DNA of 64,000 bases from the human T2T-CHM13v2.0 reference genome, Homo sapiens (GCF_009914755.1 NC_060947.1), one strand, 5' to 3'. Shown: positions 1 to 18,822, numbered from the stretch's first letter. The notes: generated by a model from the letters alone, not told the origin. A program made the numbers and translations.

Positions 1-314
1 TTCTATTTGTATAGCAAAATACATTATATACTTTTCTTAATCAAGGAGTCATTACATTATAAATAAATTAACCACAGATTTCATTCAAATAGATAGTGAT
101 GAGCACAGGTATTTTTAAAGCCTATTTCATCTACATGAGAATTTCTTAAAAGGGTTTCCTTGATTAGAATCCTTAAAACTGTCAAAAGAATATGATTAAA
201 CTTACATTTCGCTCATGAGGCATGTTTTAAGTTATATCTGTAAATGGCCACGTTTTTCTCCTTATCAACAACTTGATAATGATCAAATAAAAATGAGAGA
301 TAAAGAATGCCTTT

Positions 315-375
315 ATTCATTCACTGAACAAATCTTTACTGAATGCCTACTATGTGCCAAAAATTATTCTATGGG
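315..375 (-). mobile_element. L2 3' end fragment
   Basis: attcattcactgaacaaatctttactgaatgcctactatgtgcca, the typical L2 tail in reverse. Confidence 0.6.
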
Positions 376-415
376 GTAGCTGCAAATTTCAGTGTACGTT
401 TCCATTTCAAATGTG

Positions 416-443
416 GTGTGTGTGTATGTGTGTGTGTGTGTGT
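416..443. repeat. (TG)n microsatellite, interrupted
   Basis: gtgtgtgtgtatgtgtgtgtgtgtgtgt. Confidence 0.9.
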
Positions 444-1164
444 AAAGGAGTACGACTTTATGAGTTAATGATATGACATGTCAATTTTAGACAGTGAGTT
501 TAAGTTTTTTTTTTCCTTTAATCTACACCAGGAAGAAGTGAGGTGAAATTTTACCCAAGACTTGCATTGATACTAAAATACCAAGAGATTAAGGGCTTAT
601 GACACTTTTATATTTTATCATACATAATTTCTATTCTAATTATTTAACTGTAAACACAATGCTACTATTTCCAATCCAAGCAAAATTCTATCATGCCCCA
701 GAGCCTTAAAATAAAACAGTTAACAAAACTGAGATTTACTTATGTCTTTCCAGCAAGCTCTTTAAATTTAGTACATTAGTTAAAAAAAAGATGCTTTTCC
801 ATGTTTCTTACCTATATCTTCACTGATATAGAAAACCCAGAATTTCCTTGTTAAAAATTCATTAATGCTTATGAAAGTCATTTTATTTATGATTTTTTTT
901 TCAATTAGAAAAAAAGGCATACACATCCAAGAAAAAAAGAATTTGAGATGGATACTTGCATAAAAAGGTAAGAGGCTGGAGTCACATTTGCATTAATTGT
1001 TCACTTGAACAGGATAATTATTAAAATAAATAATCATAAATGAATGGAAAATGATATGACTATTTTAAAAAGCATTTCAACATACTCACCTTTTATTATA
1101 ATGCAAATGAATATCTCTAATACCACCTCGATGAATCCAACACTTAAAAACTGATAGAGTCATT

Positions 1165-1415
1165 ATAGGTTAGTAGTTAAGAACACAGACTTTGGAGTGA
1201 CACTCCCTGAGTTTAATCTCAGTTTCACCATTTACTAACATTTTCACTTATGGCAAGTAATTAAACTCCTTGTGCCTCAGTTTCTTTATCTGTAAAATGA
1301 AGATAATCAGAGTACCTATTGCATAGGGTTGTTATGAGGATTCAATGAGATAATATTTTAAAAACTACTTAGAATGGTGCCTGTCACATGGTAATTAAAA
1401 GCTTACTGAGTTCTT
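1165..1415 (+). mobile_element. MIR SINE
   Basis: Core tgcctcagtttctttatctgtaaaatgaagataat...agggttgttatgaggatt. Confidence 0.85.
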
Positions 1416-1547
1416 AATATTATCACTCAAGATCCCATGACAAATTACACCTGCCTCTATTATGGCACATAATATATGTGTCTGTTCCTCTTCTACACCA
1501 TGATTTCCTGTAGTACCCCTTAAATCTTGCTCAGTGCTCAATACACA

Positions 1548-1587
1548 GTGGTAATGGTAATGGTAGTGGTAGTGGTAATAGCAGTAA
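1548..1587. repeat. (GTGGTA/ATGGTA)n hexamer repeat
   Basis: gtggtaatggtaatggtagtggtagtggtaatagcag. Confidence 0.75.
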
Positions 1588-2289
1588 CTCAAAGGCAGAC
1601 CAATCTGATTAGTAAACATTTGCTAAAGATAATTTACAAAATCAGAAATAAACTAGCAAGCATATAAAAGAAGTACAACCCTACTAGTGGTCAAAAAATT
1701 ATTAATGAAAACAATGACAACTGTTTTTACCCATTAAAGATGAAGAAAATGTAGTTACAATACATATTAAGATAAGCATTTTCCATTTATTGATGGTAGT
1801 AAATTGGTATGTTTTTGTAACATAGGCTTTTCAATAATGAAAAACTGCCAGAACATAGAATCTAATAAAATGTATAGTGATAATAGAAAAAAAATATATT
1901 TAAGCTTATATTTAACTACAGTCAAATGTAAAAATACACATATATACTACACATATATATGTTAAAGATATGCCAAAAACTCACTCTAGAAACAAAGAAA
2001 GCGGGGAAATGAGAAAGATAAAAAGTGCAAGTATATACCTAGGAAAATGCCTAACTAGAGCATCATTCTCTGTATAAAAAAACTAGGGAAGTTACAGATA
2101 AGGGTAATTTATTCCCTTACCAGTTCAACAAGTATTTACTATGGACCTACTACATGTCTAGCTTGGTGCTAGACAAAGAGTATACAAAAATGGGTAGTAA
2201 TGAACCTGTCTCCAATGATACATATATTTATGAGACAGACATAATCCCCATACAACATGGAGCACTCTGGGAAGCCCCGTGGAGTTATC

Positions 2290-3140
2290 TGTTCTCTCAC
2301 ACTCCCCATTTCCCCTTACCCACAGGCCCTGGCAAACACCATTCTATTTTATGTCTCTACAAATTTCACTACTCTAGGAACCTCATAATAGGAATCATGT
2401 AATATTTGTCCTTTTTAGACTGGCTTAGATCACTTGGCATATTGTCTTCAAGATTCATACATGTTCCACCATGTGTCAAAGTTTCCTTCCTTATTAAGGC
2501 TAAATTATGTTCCACTGTATGTATATACCACATTTTGTTTATCCAGTTATCTGTTGATGGACATTTGACTTGCTTCCATGATTTGGTCATGAATAATGCT
2601 GCTATAATGTGGGCGTACAAATACAAATACTTCTCTGACACCCTGAACTCAATTCTTGTGGGTATATACCCAGAAGTAGTACTTCTGGATCTCATGGTAA
2701 TACTATTTTTAATTTTTTGAGGAACACCACACTGTTTTCCACAGCAGCTATACCATTTTACATTCTAACCAACAGTACACAAGAGTTCCAATGTCTCCAT
2801 ATCCTCACCAACTCTCATTATTGTTTTTTCATAGTAGCCCATCCTAATGGGTGTGTGGTGGTATCTCATTACAGTTTTCATTTGCATTTCCCTAAGGATT
2901 AGTGATGCTAGACATCTTTTCATGTGCTTCTTGGCCATTTGTATATCATTTTTAGAGAAATGTCTATCAACTCTTTTGCCCATATTTAAATCATATTATT
3001 TTTGTTGTTGTGTTGTAGGAATCCTTTATGTATTTTTGATATTAACCCCTTATCAGATGTATGATTTGCAAATATTTTTCCCATATGGTAGGTTGCCTTT
3101 TTACTGTCAAAATAGTAAATTTTATGTTATATATATATTT
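2290..3140 (-). mobile_element. Old L1 (L1MB-like) ORF2 end and 3' UTR
   Basis: ORF track gives L1 ORF2 C-terminal-like peptides ([19 protein letters not shown]; KCPSTDNWINKMWYIHT). Confidence 0.8.
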
Positions 3141-6100
3141 ACCATAATACTAAAAAGAAAAAAAACTACCTATAAGAAGAGCCCAGGCCAAGATGGCTTC
3201 AATGCTGAATTCTAACAAACATTTAAATAATTAAGCTCAATGCTTTACAAACAATTCCAAAAAACAGAAACAGGAACAAATACCAACTCATTCAATCAGG
3301 GCAGTACTGGGGAAGGAGGTGGAATAAGATGGCTGAATAGAAGCTGCTACTGATCAACCTCCCAGCATAAACAGCAAATGTTATGACTATCTACACAAAA
3401 AAGCACCATCATAAGAAACAAAAATCAGGTGAGCAATTATAGTACCTGATCTTAACTTCATATCACTGAAAGAGGCACAGAAGGGGAAAGACAATCTTGA
3501 ATCGCCAATGCCACTGCTACCTCAACCCCCAGAAGTGGCCACGTGTCATAGGGAGAGAATCAGTGCACTTGCGGGAAGGAGAGTGCAGTGATCATAGGAC
3601 TTTGAATTGGAACTCAGCCTACACACATGAAGGGAGCATATAAACCTGCCCAAACCAGAGGGGAATCATCCATCACAGTGATCAGAAGTTGAGTTTTAGT
3701 AAGTCACGCCACAGTGGGCTAAAGTGCACTGGGGCCCTAAATAAAACTGAAAGGCTATCTAGGCCACAAGGACTGCAACTTCTGGGCAAGTCCTAGTGCT
3801 GTAAAGGGCTTGGAGCCAGTAAAATGGGGGCACTTGACTTAGTCAGATACCACTGGGGCGGCTAAGAGAGTGCTTATGCCACCACTCCTCACTCCTCCAA
3901 TTCCAGGTAGCGCAGCTTAGAGCTCCAAAAGAGACCTCTGCTTTCTACTTGAGGAGAGAAAAGGGAAGAGAAAAAGCACTTTGTTTTGCAACTTGGATAC
4001 CAGCTCAGTCACAGTAGGACAGGGCCCTGGGCAGAATCGTGAAGCCCCCATTCCAGGCCCTAGCTCCCTGGGCCAGAAGGCAACCCATTGCCTTGAATCG
4101 AGGGACCCAGTCATGGCAGGATTCATCACCTGCTGACCAAAGAGCCCTTGGGCCCTGAATCATCAGCAGCAATAACCAGGTAGTACACATTGTGGGGCAT
4201 GGATTAGACAGAAATGTGTTAGGTTATGGTGAGACCCAGCTTATTAGAAGTTGTGGTGGCTACAAAGAGAGGCTCTTCCTGTTTGAGAAAAGGAGAGGGA
4301 AGAGTAAAGGGGACTTTATCTAGCAGTGTAGCTACCAGGTTGGCCACAGCGGACAAAAGCAACAAACGGGCTCTTGGGTCCCCAATTCCAGGCCTTAGCT
4401 CTTGAATGGAATTTGTGGACTGAGCCTGGGGCAGAGTGGAGCCCACTGCCCTGAAGGGTGAGTCTCTGGCCTGGCAGCATTCACCAAAAGCTGACTAAAT
4501 AGCCCTTAGGCCTTAAGTGAACACTGGCGGTACACTGGCAGTACTCTCTGCGGGCCTGTCCTGGTGGTGGCCACGAAGAGAGGCTCCTCTGCCTGAGGAA
4601 AAGAAAGAGAAGAGTAGGAAGGACTTTGTTTTGTTATTTCTGTGCCAGTTTAGCCATAGTAGAATAAAGCACTAGGTATATTTCTAACATTTCTGGCTCC
4701 AGGCCCTGGCTCCAGAAAGCATCTCTATACCCGCCCAGGGACTAAGAGAATTTGCCAACATGAAGGGAAAGACCCAGTACTGGCAGGCTTCACCACTTGC
4801 TGAATGTACAGCCCTTGGGCCTTGAGCAAACATAGGCAGTAACCAGGTAGTGGTTACAGTGGGCCTTGGGCAAGACCCATTGCTCTGCTGGCTTAAGATC
4901 TGACCAAGTGCTATACCCGCAGTGGTAGTCACAGGGGTGCTTGTGTCACCCACCCCCCACCCCCAGCTCCAGGCAACTCAGCACAGAGAGACTCCATTTG
5001 TTTGGGAGAAAGTAAAGGAAGAGAACAAGATTCTCCATCTGGTAATGCAGACAATTCTTTTGGATCTTATACAAGACCACCAAAATGGTACCTCTACAAG
5101 GCTGCAAGAACTACAGCGTTACTGGCCTTAGGGTGACCCCTAATGTGGACACAGCTTCAGTGACTAAAAAGTTAGATCACAACACCCAAGTCCCTTCAAA
5201 TACCTGGAAAGCCTTCCCAAAAATGACAGGTACAAACAAGCCCAGACTGCAAAGACTACAATAAATACCTAACTCTTCAATGCCAAGACACCAACGAAAA
5301 TCCATAAGCATCAAGACCATTTAGAGAAATATGACCTCATCAAATGAACTAAACAGGGAATCGGGAAAATCCGGGAAAGACAGAGATATGTGACCTTTCA
5401 GAGAGAGAACACAAAATAGCTGATTTGAGGAAACAATGAAATTCAAGATAACACAGGAGGAATTCAGACTCCAATCAGATAAATTTAATGAAGAGGCTGG
5501 AATAATTAAAATGAACAAAGCAGACATTCTGGAGTCAAAAAATGCAACTGACATACTAAAGAATGCATAAGAGTCTCTTAATAGCAAAATTGATAAAGCA
5601 AAAGAAAGAATTAGTGAGCCTGAAGATAAGCTACTTGAAAATACACAGTCACAGGAGACAAAAGAGAAAAGAATAAAAAAGAATAAAGCAGGCCTACAAG
5701 GCATAGAAAATAGCTACAAAAAAAGCAAATCTAAGAGATATCGGTCTTAAACAGGAGGTAGAGAGAAAGACTGGCGTAGAAAGTTTATTCAAAGGGATAA
5801 TAACAGAGAAACCCAAATCTAAAGAAAGATACTAATATTCAAGTAGAAGGTTATAGAATATCAAGCAGATCTAACCCAAAAAAGACTACTTCAAGGCACT
5901 TAATAACTCCCAAATGTCAAGGATAAAGAAAGGATCCTAAAAGCAGCAAGAGAAAAGAAACAAGTAACATACAATGGATCTCCAATATGTCTGGCAGCAG
6001 ACTTTTCAGTGGAAATCTTTCAGGCCAGGAGAAGAGTAGCATGAAATATTTAAAGTGCTCAAGGAAAAAACTTTCACCCTAGAATTATATAAATGGAAAA

Positions 6101-7652
6101 AATAACCTCTAAACATAAAAGAAAAATAAAAACTTTCCAGACAAACAAAAGCTGAGGGATTTTATCCACACCAAACCTGTCCTACAAGAAAGGCTAAAGG
6201 AAGTAATTAATCAGAAAGAAAAGGACATGAATGAGCAGTAAGAAATCCTCTAAAGGTACAAAACTCACTAAAAACAGTAAGTACATAGAAAAATACAGAA
6301 TATTATAACAGCGTAACTGTGGTGTATAAATTACTCTTATTATAAGTAGAAAGACTAAATGTTGAAGCAACAAAAATAACTACAACAACATATCAAGACA
6401 TAGTACAATAAGATATAAACAGAAACAACAAAAAGCTAAAAAGTGGACAAAGTTAAGGTGTAGAATTTTTATTAGTTTTCTTTTTGCCTGTTTCTTTCTT
6501 TGTTTATAAAAACAGTGTAAAGTTGTTATCAGCTTACAATAATGGGTTTTAAGATAGAATTTCCAAGCCTCATGGGAGCCACAAACCAAAAAACATATAA
6601 TGGATAAACAAACAAACAAAAAGGAAGAAACTAAACCATACCACTAGAGAAAATCACCTTCATTAAAAGGAAGATAAGAAGGAAGGAAAGAAGACGAGCC
6701 CAAAAAACAACTAGAAAACAAATAACAAAATGGCAGGAGTAGGTCCCTACTAATCAATAATAACATTCAATGTAAATGGACTAAACTCTCCAATCAAAAG
6801 ACAGAGGGGCTCAATGGATTTTAAAAAATACCCAATGATCTGTTGCCTACAAGAACACACTTCACCTGTAAAAATACACATAGGCTGAAAATAAAGGGAT
6901 AAAAAAGGATATTCCATGCCAATGGAAACCAAAAAGAGCAGGAACAGCTATACTTATATAGGACAAAATAGATTTCAAGATAAAAACTGTAAGAAGAGAC
7001 AAAGAAGGACACTATATAATGATACAGTTCAATTCTACAAGAGGATATAACAATTTAAAATATATATGCACTCAACCCTGGGAGCACCCACATATACAAA
7101 GCAAATACTGTTACAGCCAAAGAGAGAGATAGACCCCAATAAAATAATAGCTGGAGACTTCAACACTACACACAGAAAATCAACTAAGAAACATCACACT
7201 TTATCTACACTATAGACCAAATGGACCTAATACATATTTACAGAATATTTCATCCAACAGCTACAGAATACACATTTTTTTCCTCAGCATGTGGATCATC
7301 CATATGTTAGGTCACAAAACAAGTCTTAAAACATCAAAAACAACCTGAAATAATATCAAGTATCTTCTCTCACCACAGTGGAATAAAAGGAGAAATTAAT
7401 AACAAGGTATTTTGGAAACTATACAAATACATAGAATTTAAACAACACATTCCTGAATGACCAGTGGGCCAATGAAGGAATTAAGAAGGAAATCAAAAAT
7501 TTTCTTTAAAAAATGATAATGGAAACACAACATACCAAAAAACATAAGACACAGGGAAAGCAGTACTAAGAGGAAAGCTTATAGCTATAAATGCCTATAT
7601 CAAAAAAGCAGAAAAACTGCAAATAATGTAACAAGGCATCTTAAAGAATCAG

Positions 7653-7975
<323 letters not shown>

Positions 7976-8743
7976 GAATTAGAAAAGCAAGAACAAACCA
8001 AGCCCAGAATTAGTAGAAGAGAAATAAAGATCAGAGCAGAAATAAATAAACTTGAAATAAAGAAAACAATACAAAAGATCAATGAAACAAAAAACAGGTT
8101 TTTTGAAGAAAATAAACAAAACTGACAAACTTTGAGACAGACTAAGCAAAAAAGAGAGAAGACCCAAAAAAATAAAATCAGAGATGAAAATAAAGATATT
8201 ACAACTGTTACAGCAGAAATTCAAAGAATCATTAGTTGCTATTATCAGCAACTATATGCCGATAAATTGGAAAACTTTAGAAGAAATGGATAAATTTCTA
8301 GACACACACAACCTACCAAGATTGAACCGTGAAGAAGTCCAAAATCTGAACAGACCAATAAAAAGTAATGAGATTGAAGCCATAATAAAAAGTCACCCAG
8401 CAAGGAAAATCCCAGGACCCAATAGCTTCACTGCTGAATTCTATCAAACATTTAAATAAGAAATAAGACAAATCCTACTCAAAATATTCTGAAAAGTAGA
8501 GAACAGAATACTTCCAAACTCATTTTACAAGGCCAGTATTACCCTGATAACAAAACCAGATAAACACACATAAAAAAATTAAACTATAAGCCAATATCAC
8601 TGGTGAATACTAATGTAAAAATCCTCAACAAAACAGTAGCAAACGGAATTCAATAATAAAATGATCATCCATCATGACCAACTGGGGCTTATCTCCAGGG
8701 ATGCAAGAATAGTTCAACATATACAAATTGATGTGATACATCA

Positions 8744-9078
<335 letters not shown>

Positions 9079-10828
9079 ACCATATGATCATTTCAATTCA
9101 TGGTAAGAAAGCATTTGACAAAATTCAACATCCCTTTATGAAAAAACACTAAAAAAACTAAGTACATAAGGAACATACCTCAAAAATAATAAAAGCCATC
9201 TATGACAGACCCATAGCTAGTATCATACTAAAGAAAGAAAAACTAAAAGGCTTTCCTCTAAGATCAAGAACATGACAAGGATGCCCACTTCTATCACTTA
9301 TTCAACATAGTAGTGGAAGTCCTAGCTAGAGTAATTAGACAAGAACAAGAAATAAGGGGCATCAAAATTGGAAAGAAAAAAATCAAATTATCCTTGTTTG
9401 CAGATGATCTGATCTTAACTTGGAAAAATCTGAAAACTCCACCAGAAAACTATTAGAAATGATAAAGAAATTCTGTGAAGTGGCAGGATATAAACCCAAC
9501 ATACACAAATCAGTAGCATTTCTATATACCAACAGCAAACAACCTGAAAGAGAAATAAAGAAACTTACAAATTAAAAGAAAATTTTTTAAGACATCAAGA
9601 AAGTAATCCCATGTACAATAGCTATAAATAAAATACTTAGGAATTAACCAAAGAAGTGAAAGATCTCTACAATGAAAACTATAAAAAGATGCTGAAAGAA
9701 ACTGAAGACACAAAATCATAGAATGATATTCCAGGTTCAGGGATTGGAATAATCGATATTATTAAAATGTCCATACTACCCAAAGCAATCTACAGATTCA
9801 TTACAATCTGTATAGAATACCAGTGACATTCTTCACAGAAATACAAAAAACAACCCTAAAAATTTATATGGAACCACAAAAGACCCAAAATAGCCAAAGC
9901 TATACTAAGCCAAAAGAACAAAAGTGTAAGAATCACATTACCTGACTTTATACTACAGAACTATAGTAACCAAAACACTATGGTACTGGCATAAAAACAC
10001 ATAGATCAACACAATAGAGAACCCTGAGATAAATGTATAAATCTGCAGTGAACTCATTTTTGACAAAGTTGCCATGAATATACCCTGGGGAAAAGACAGT
10101 CTCTTCAGCAAATGGTGCTGGGGAAAACTGGATATACATATTCAGGAGAAAAAAACTAGACCCCTATCTCTCGCCATATATAAAAATCAAGTCAAAATGG
10201 ATTAAAGATTTAAATCTTAGACCTCAAACTGCAAATCTACTACAAGAAAACATTGGGGAAACTCTCCAGGACATTGGACTAGGCAAAGATTTTTTGAGTA
10301 ATACCCAACAAGCAGAGGCAACAAAAGCAAAAACAGACAAATGTGATTTCATCAAGTTAAAAAGCTTCTGCGCAACAAAGGACACAGTCAACAAAGTGAA
10401 GAGACAACCCACAGGATGGGAGAAAATATATGAAAACTACCCATCTGACAAGCGATTAATAACCGGAATATATAAAGAACTCAAACAACTCTACAGGAAA
10501 AAAAATTTAATAATCTGATTTTAAAATGGACAAAATAATAATCATTTCTCAAAAGAAGACATACCAATGGCAAACAGGTATAGGAAAAGGTGCTCAACAT
10601 CATTCATTATCAGAAAAATGCAAATCAAACTATGAGATATCTTCCCACCCCAGTTAACTTGGCTTTTATCCAAAGTCAGGGAGTAACAAATACTAGAGAG
10701 GATTTGGAGAAAAGGGAACTCTTGTACACTGCTGGTGGGAACACAAATTAGTAAAACCACTATGGAGAACAGTTCAGAGGTTCCTCAAAAAATTAAAAAT
10801 AGAGCTACCATAGAATCCGGCAATCCCA

Positions 10829-11306
<478 letters not shown>

Positions 11307-12331
11307 TCAACAGATGAATGGATAATGAAAATGTGATACTTATATACAATGGAATAGTATTCAGCCATAAAAGAGAAAGATCCTGTCATTTACAACAACA
11401 TGGATGGAACTGGAGGTCATTAAGTGAAATAAGCTAGGCAGAGAAAGACAAACTTTGCATGTTGTCATTTATTTGTGGGATCTAAAAATAAAAATAATTG
11501 AACTCATGGAGATACAGAGTAGAAGGATGGTTACCACAGGCTGGGAAGGGTAGTGGGTGGTTGGGGTGGAAGTACTGATGGTTAGCAGGTACAAATATAT
11601 AGTTGGAATGAATAAAAACTAGTAATTGCTAGCACAACAGGGTGACTACCGTCAAAAATAATTAAAAATTGTATATTTTTAAATAACTAAGAGTATAAAT
11701 GGATTTTTTGTATCACAAAGGATAAATGTTTGAGGTGATAGATATCCCATTTACCCTGATGTAATTATTATCTATTGCATGCATGTATCAAAATATCTCA
11801 TGTAACCCATGAATACATAACACCTACCATGCACCCACAAAAATTAAAAGGAAAAAATCAGACATTGGAGTCAGGAGGAGGGAAGTCAGTACTGAGGAGT
11901 GTCACTGGACATGAAAGATGAAGAATGGATAGGAATTAATCAGGTGAAGAAGATAGTGCGGGTGGAGAGAGCATTGCAGGCAGACAGAAACATAGCCATC
12001 AGTCAGCAGTAAAAGCAAAAAGAGATTAGCAGAGACAATCTATGTTACTGGTTATAAAATAAATGCAAATTAAAACAAATACAAGATATCATTATTCATC
12101 TATTAAGAAAGGTTTTAGTTATTATGGCAATGGTGTAGTGATCATTCAAGGATTCCTACTAGGAGTACTAATCCAACTGTTCTGGAAAATAAGTTGACAA
12201 TGTTTCAAAAGTCCTAAAAAAGATCATACCTGTTGGTAAATGATTTCTCCTCTTAGGAATCTATCTTAAGCAAAAAAGTTTAAAACGCAGATATAAACTT
12301 ATGTACAAAAATTTAAAATGTTGAAAAATTA

Positions 12332-12645
<314 letters not shown>

Positions 12646-12759
12646 TCAAATGATTAAATAAGTTATGTACAGCCATATGACAGAATATTATACAGCCAAT
12701 ATTATATATGCAAGATATAATAATACTTTCATAATCAGGACAAAAAAAGCCAATTAAAA

Positions 12760-15000
12760 CATTCCATTGCCAACAACAAAAAACACTAGCAAACTAAATC
12801 CAGCACCATATAAAAAGAATTATACACCATGACAAGTGGGATTTATCCCAGGTATGCAAGGTTGGTTTAACATGTGAAAATCAAAGTAATACACTATGTT
12901 AATAGAATGGGGAAAAAAAAAACATGACATGATCATCTCAATAGCTGCAGAGAAATCAAGATAGTATGTCACACTCTTTCATGACAAACACATTTAACAA
13001 ACTAGAAAGAGAAGATAATTTCCTCAACTTGATAAATAGTATCCACAAAACTAACATCATACAAAATGTTGAAAAACTGGATTCCTTCACACTATGATTA
13101 GAGACAAGACAAGGATGCCAGCTCTTGCCACTTTCACTCAATATTGTACTTGAGGTCTTAACCAGGGCAACTGGATAAGCAAACAAATAAAAGCCATTCA
13201 GATTAGAAAGGAAATTATCTGTACTTGCAGATGACATGATCTTGTATATAAAAAATCCTAAAGAATTCACTAAGAACAAATTTCACTCAGCCTCAGAAAT
13301 AAAATATGTACAAATACATTTAACAAAAGTGTAAAATGTATACTCTGCAAACTATAAAATATTGGTGAAATAAATAAGAGACCTAAATAAACAGCAAAAC
13401 ACCCCATGTTCATGGATAAGACATAATATTAAGATGGCAGTACTTCCTAAAATTAACTATACATTCAACACAATCCCTATTAGCATCTAAGCTGACTTCT
13501 TTGTAGAAATTTATAGGAGATTCTAAGGTTGATGTTGAATTCCAAGAGATCTGGAATAGCCACACTTTCCAATTTCAACATCACTTTCAAAGCAATGGTA
13601 ATGAAATAGTGCAGTATTAGCACAGCGACTGACATATAGATCAATGGAATAGAATTGAGGGTCAGGAAACAAACATGTGTCTCCATCATCAATTCCTTTT
13701 TAATAAGAGTGACAAAAACTATTCAATAAAGAAAGAATATTCTTTTCAACAAACAGTCCTGGGACAAATGGATAACCACAGCAAAAGACTGAAGTTGAGC
13801 CTTTACCTCATATCATGCATAAAAATTAACTCAAAATGGATCAAAGACCTAAGTGCAAGGACTAAAACTATAAAACTCTTTTAAGCAAACACAGGGGTTA
13901 AAGCTTCACGACTTTTTATTTCGAAATGGTTTCTCAGCTATGACAGTAAAAGCACAAGCCACAAAAGAAAAAATAAATTGGATGTCAACAAAATAAAATA
14001 TTTTTGCGCATCAGAGGACACACTCAAGAAAGCAACAGATGGCCAGGTATGGTGGCTCACACCTTAATCCCAGCACTTTGGGAGGCCAACGAGGGAGGAC
14101 TGCTTCAGCCCAGGAGTTCAAGACCAGTCTGGGCAAATAGAGGGAGACCTCATCTCTACGAAAAATTAAAAATAAATAAATAAAAGAAAGTGATACAGAT
14201 CACCGGAACTATTTTTTTTTTAATGAAAGCAAAAGATAACCCACAGAATGAGAGAAAATATTTGCAAATCATATATATGATAGGGGCCTAGTATGTAGAA
14301 TATATTTTTTAAAACACATTTCAACAACAAAAAGATAAGCAATCCAATTCAAAAATGGGCAAAGGACCTGAATAAACATTTTTTCCAAAGAAGATAAAGA
14401 AATAGTCAACAAGTACATTAAAAGATGTTCAACATTATTAGTCATTAGAGAAATGAAAATTAAAATCATAAGATACCACTTCACAACCATTAGGATGGTT
14501 ATAACAAAAACAAAAATGAAAAATAACAAGTGTTGACAAGAATGTGGAGAAACTGAAATGCTTGTACATTGCTGGTAGGACTGAAATAGTACAGGCAGTG
14601 TAGAAAACAGTTTGGTATTGCCGTTTGTTTAAATAAATGAAAACCTGTGTAACAAATGTACACAACAGCACTATTCACAACAGCTGAAAGGTGAGAACAA
14701 CCCTAATATCTATCAAGACCACATATTACATGTTTCCATTTATGTGACTGGTCCAGAATATATGAATCTATTAGAAACATAAAGGAGATTAGTGGTTGCT
14801 TATGTGAGGGAGTTTTGGGCTGGATAGGGGAGTAATAGTTAAAGGGTACAGAGTTTTATTTGGTAGTGATTAAAATGTTCAAAAACTGACTCTAGTGATG
14901 TTTGTACATCTCTGTGAATATATTAAAACCATTGAGTTCTACACTTTAAATGGGTGAATTGTACAGGATGTGAATTATCTCTCAATAAAACTGCTTTAGA
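12760..15000 (+). mobile_element. Old L1 ORF2 plus 3' UTR (L1MB/MC-like), containing an Alu left monomer at ~14041-14185
   Basis: RT motif cttgcagatgacatgatc; 3' end gtgaattatctctcaataaaactg. Confidence 0.85.
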
Positions 15001-15388
15001 AACCAAAAAGTTTTAATTTATCCAACAATTTCAACAACAAAGACTGCTGTATTAGGAATTTTTCTTAAGTTGATATTAGCTGCTCTTGTCACCAAAAAAA
15101 ACTATGTGAGATGATAGATATGTTCATCTGCTTCACTACAGTAGCCATTTTACTATCTATATGTATCCCATAACACCATGTTGTAAACCTCAAATATAAA
15201 CAATACAATTTTATTTTGAAAAAGACTATACATATATATGGATAAGGACAAATAGACATTGCAAAAAAATTTTGATATGATAGAGTTGTGAGACTGGGTA
15301 GTTTTGTTTCTTTTGTTGCTAAAATGTTTGTATGGTATGTTTAAATCAGTATTTTTAAAATTACGACACAGAAATATTTGTAGCTCAC

Positions 15389-15495
15389 CTTTATAAATAA
15401 GGGGTTTATCTTTATCTTCTGTCTTCTCCCTACTAGCTAATTCAAGAAAATCTTCAATCAAGTCCAGAGATATGAGGGACTGGCTGAAAACAAGG
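15389..15495 (-). CDS. ATRX: ATRX coding exon (~exon 27), 107 nt, motif IV
   Basis: ttttag|CCTTGTT...TATAAAG|gtgag; LVFSQSLISLDLIEDFLELASREKTEDKDKPLIYK(G) (overlaps ORF 15153..15461). Confidence 0.97.
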
Positions 15496-15511
15496 CTAAA
15501 AAAACAGATTA

Positions 15512-16515
<1,004 letters not shown>

Positions 16516-17685
16516 AAGTTTCCCTATTACAAGTATTTCAGTAATTTAAAATTACATGCATTCTATAACACTTTGTCATTACATTTCAAGTATGTCTGCA
16601 AATTCCTCATTCTCTGCCCTAGTAATTTTCTAACTCCTTTTTAGCCATGAAAACTATTTGGTCACATCAAGTTTTGTGTAGAGTTCAAATAAAATAAATT
16701 ATAAAAGCAAGCTGTTTTAGGCATTACGGGAGAAGGAGGAAAAATGTTACTGTTCCCTTACCCTCTCCTTTCGGTCACCAATTTGCAGGGGCTCTGAGAA
16801 ATAGTTCTAAAATGACTATTCTGGTCTAACCCACTGGACAGAATTTATAACATACTTACACACTAGAAAAGAAATAAAATCTAGAAAGAGAATATAAGAG
16901 GTCTTCTATTGCCCTTTATATATGCAAACAAAGTAGATCAGTATATAAGAAACAATATACCTGTGGCAAGTATGCTTTAAGTTTTATTTTTATTCTAAAA
17001 GCTATACTATAGGAGAAGAAGGTACTTATGACTCCTGAAGATCCTTCAACATTCCCTGCTACATATCTTCAGATTTAGTAGAACTGAAAACAATTGAAGC
17101 TATGAAACGGCTGTTGGAGTTAACCACTTAAGTGTTTTTTATTGTATGACTTCCTGAGCTCCACACTGTTGGAGTCTACTATCTCCCAGTTAACTACTTC
17201 TAGAATGTTGGTAAGAAAATGAATTGACTCCTGGTGCTCAGCTCAAATGACCAAGGCCTATGCTTTGACCCCTCAGTAGTTTATCTTTCCCAAAATCAAA
17301 AACATAATTGAATCAATTCTTTCTGTGCTACAAATTAAGTTCTTGAAAGTTCCCGTAAGTGAAAAAATTAAAGTCTTAGAAATACTAATTATTAAATTGG
17401 AATTAATCTGCAATCTGGGTTACTATACTGGAAAGAGGTTGATTTTAGTCAGTTAGCAATTAAGGCTGGTTCTGGGAACCACTGAACTCAGAGAAGTCTT
17501 ACAGTAGAAAAGGAAAAAAGTTGTTAGGATTAAATGTCTATACTAATGGTTCTCTCTATTAACCTTTTCCAGTTGCAGACAACATGAAGAACTCTTTTGT
17601 TTCAGACCATATTTTGAGATTTTTTTAAACATAAAAGATTATTTTATTTTAGCCTTATTTAAAATTTTTATTAAAAGCATCTCAA

Positions 17686-18822
<1,137 letters not shown>

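Noticed and set aside
1395-1619. His/Tyr-repeat ORF
   Set aside because: Product of a hexamer microsatellite; no splice or homology support.
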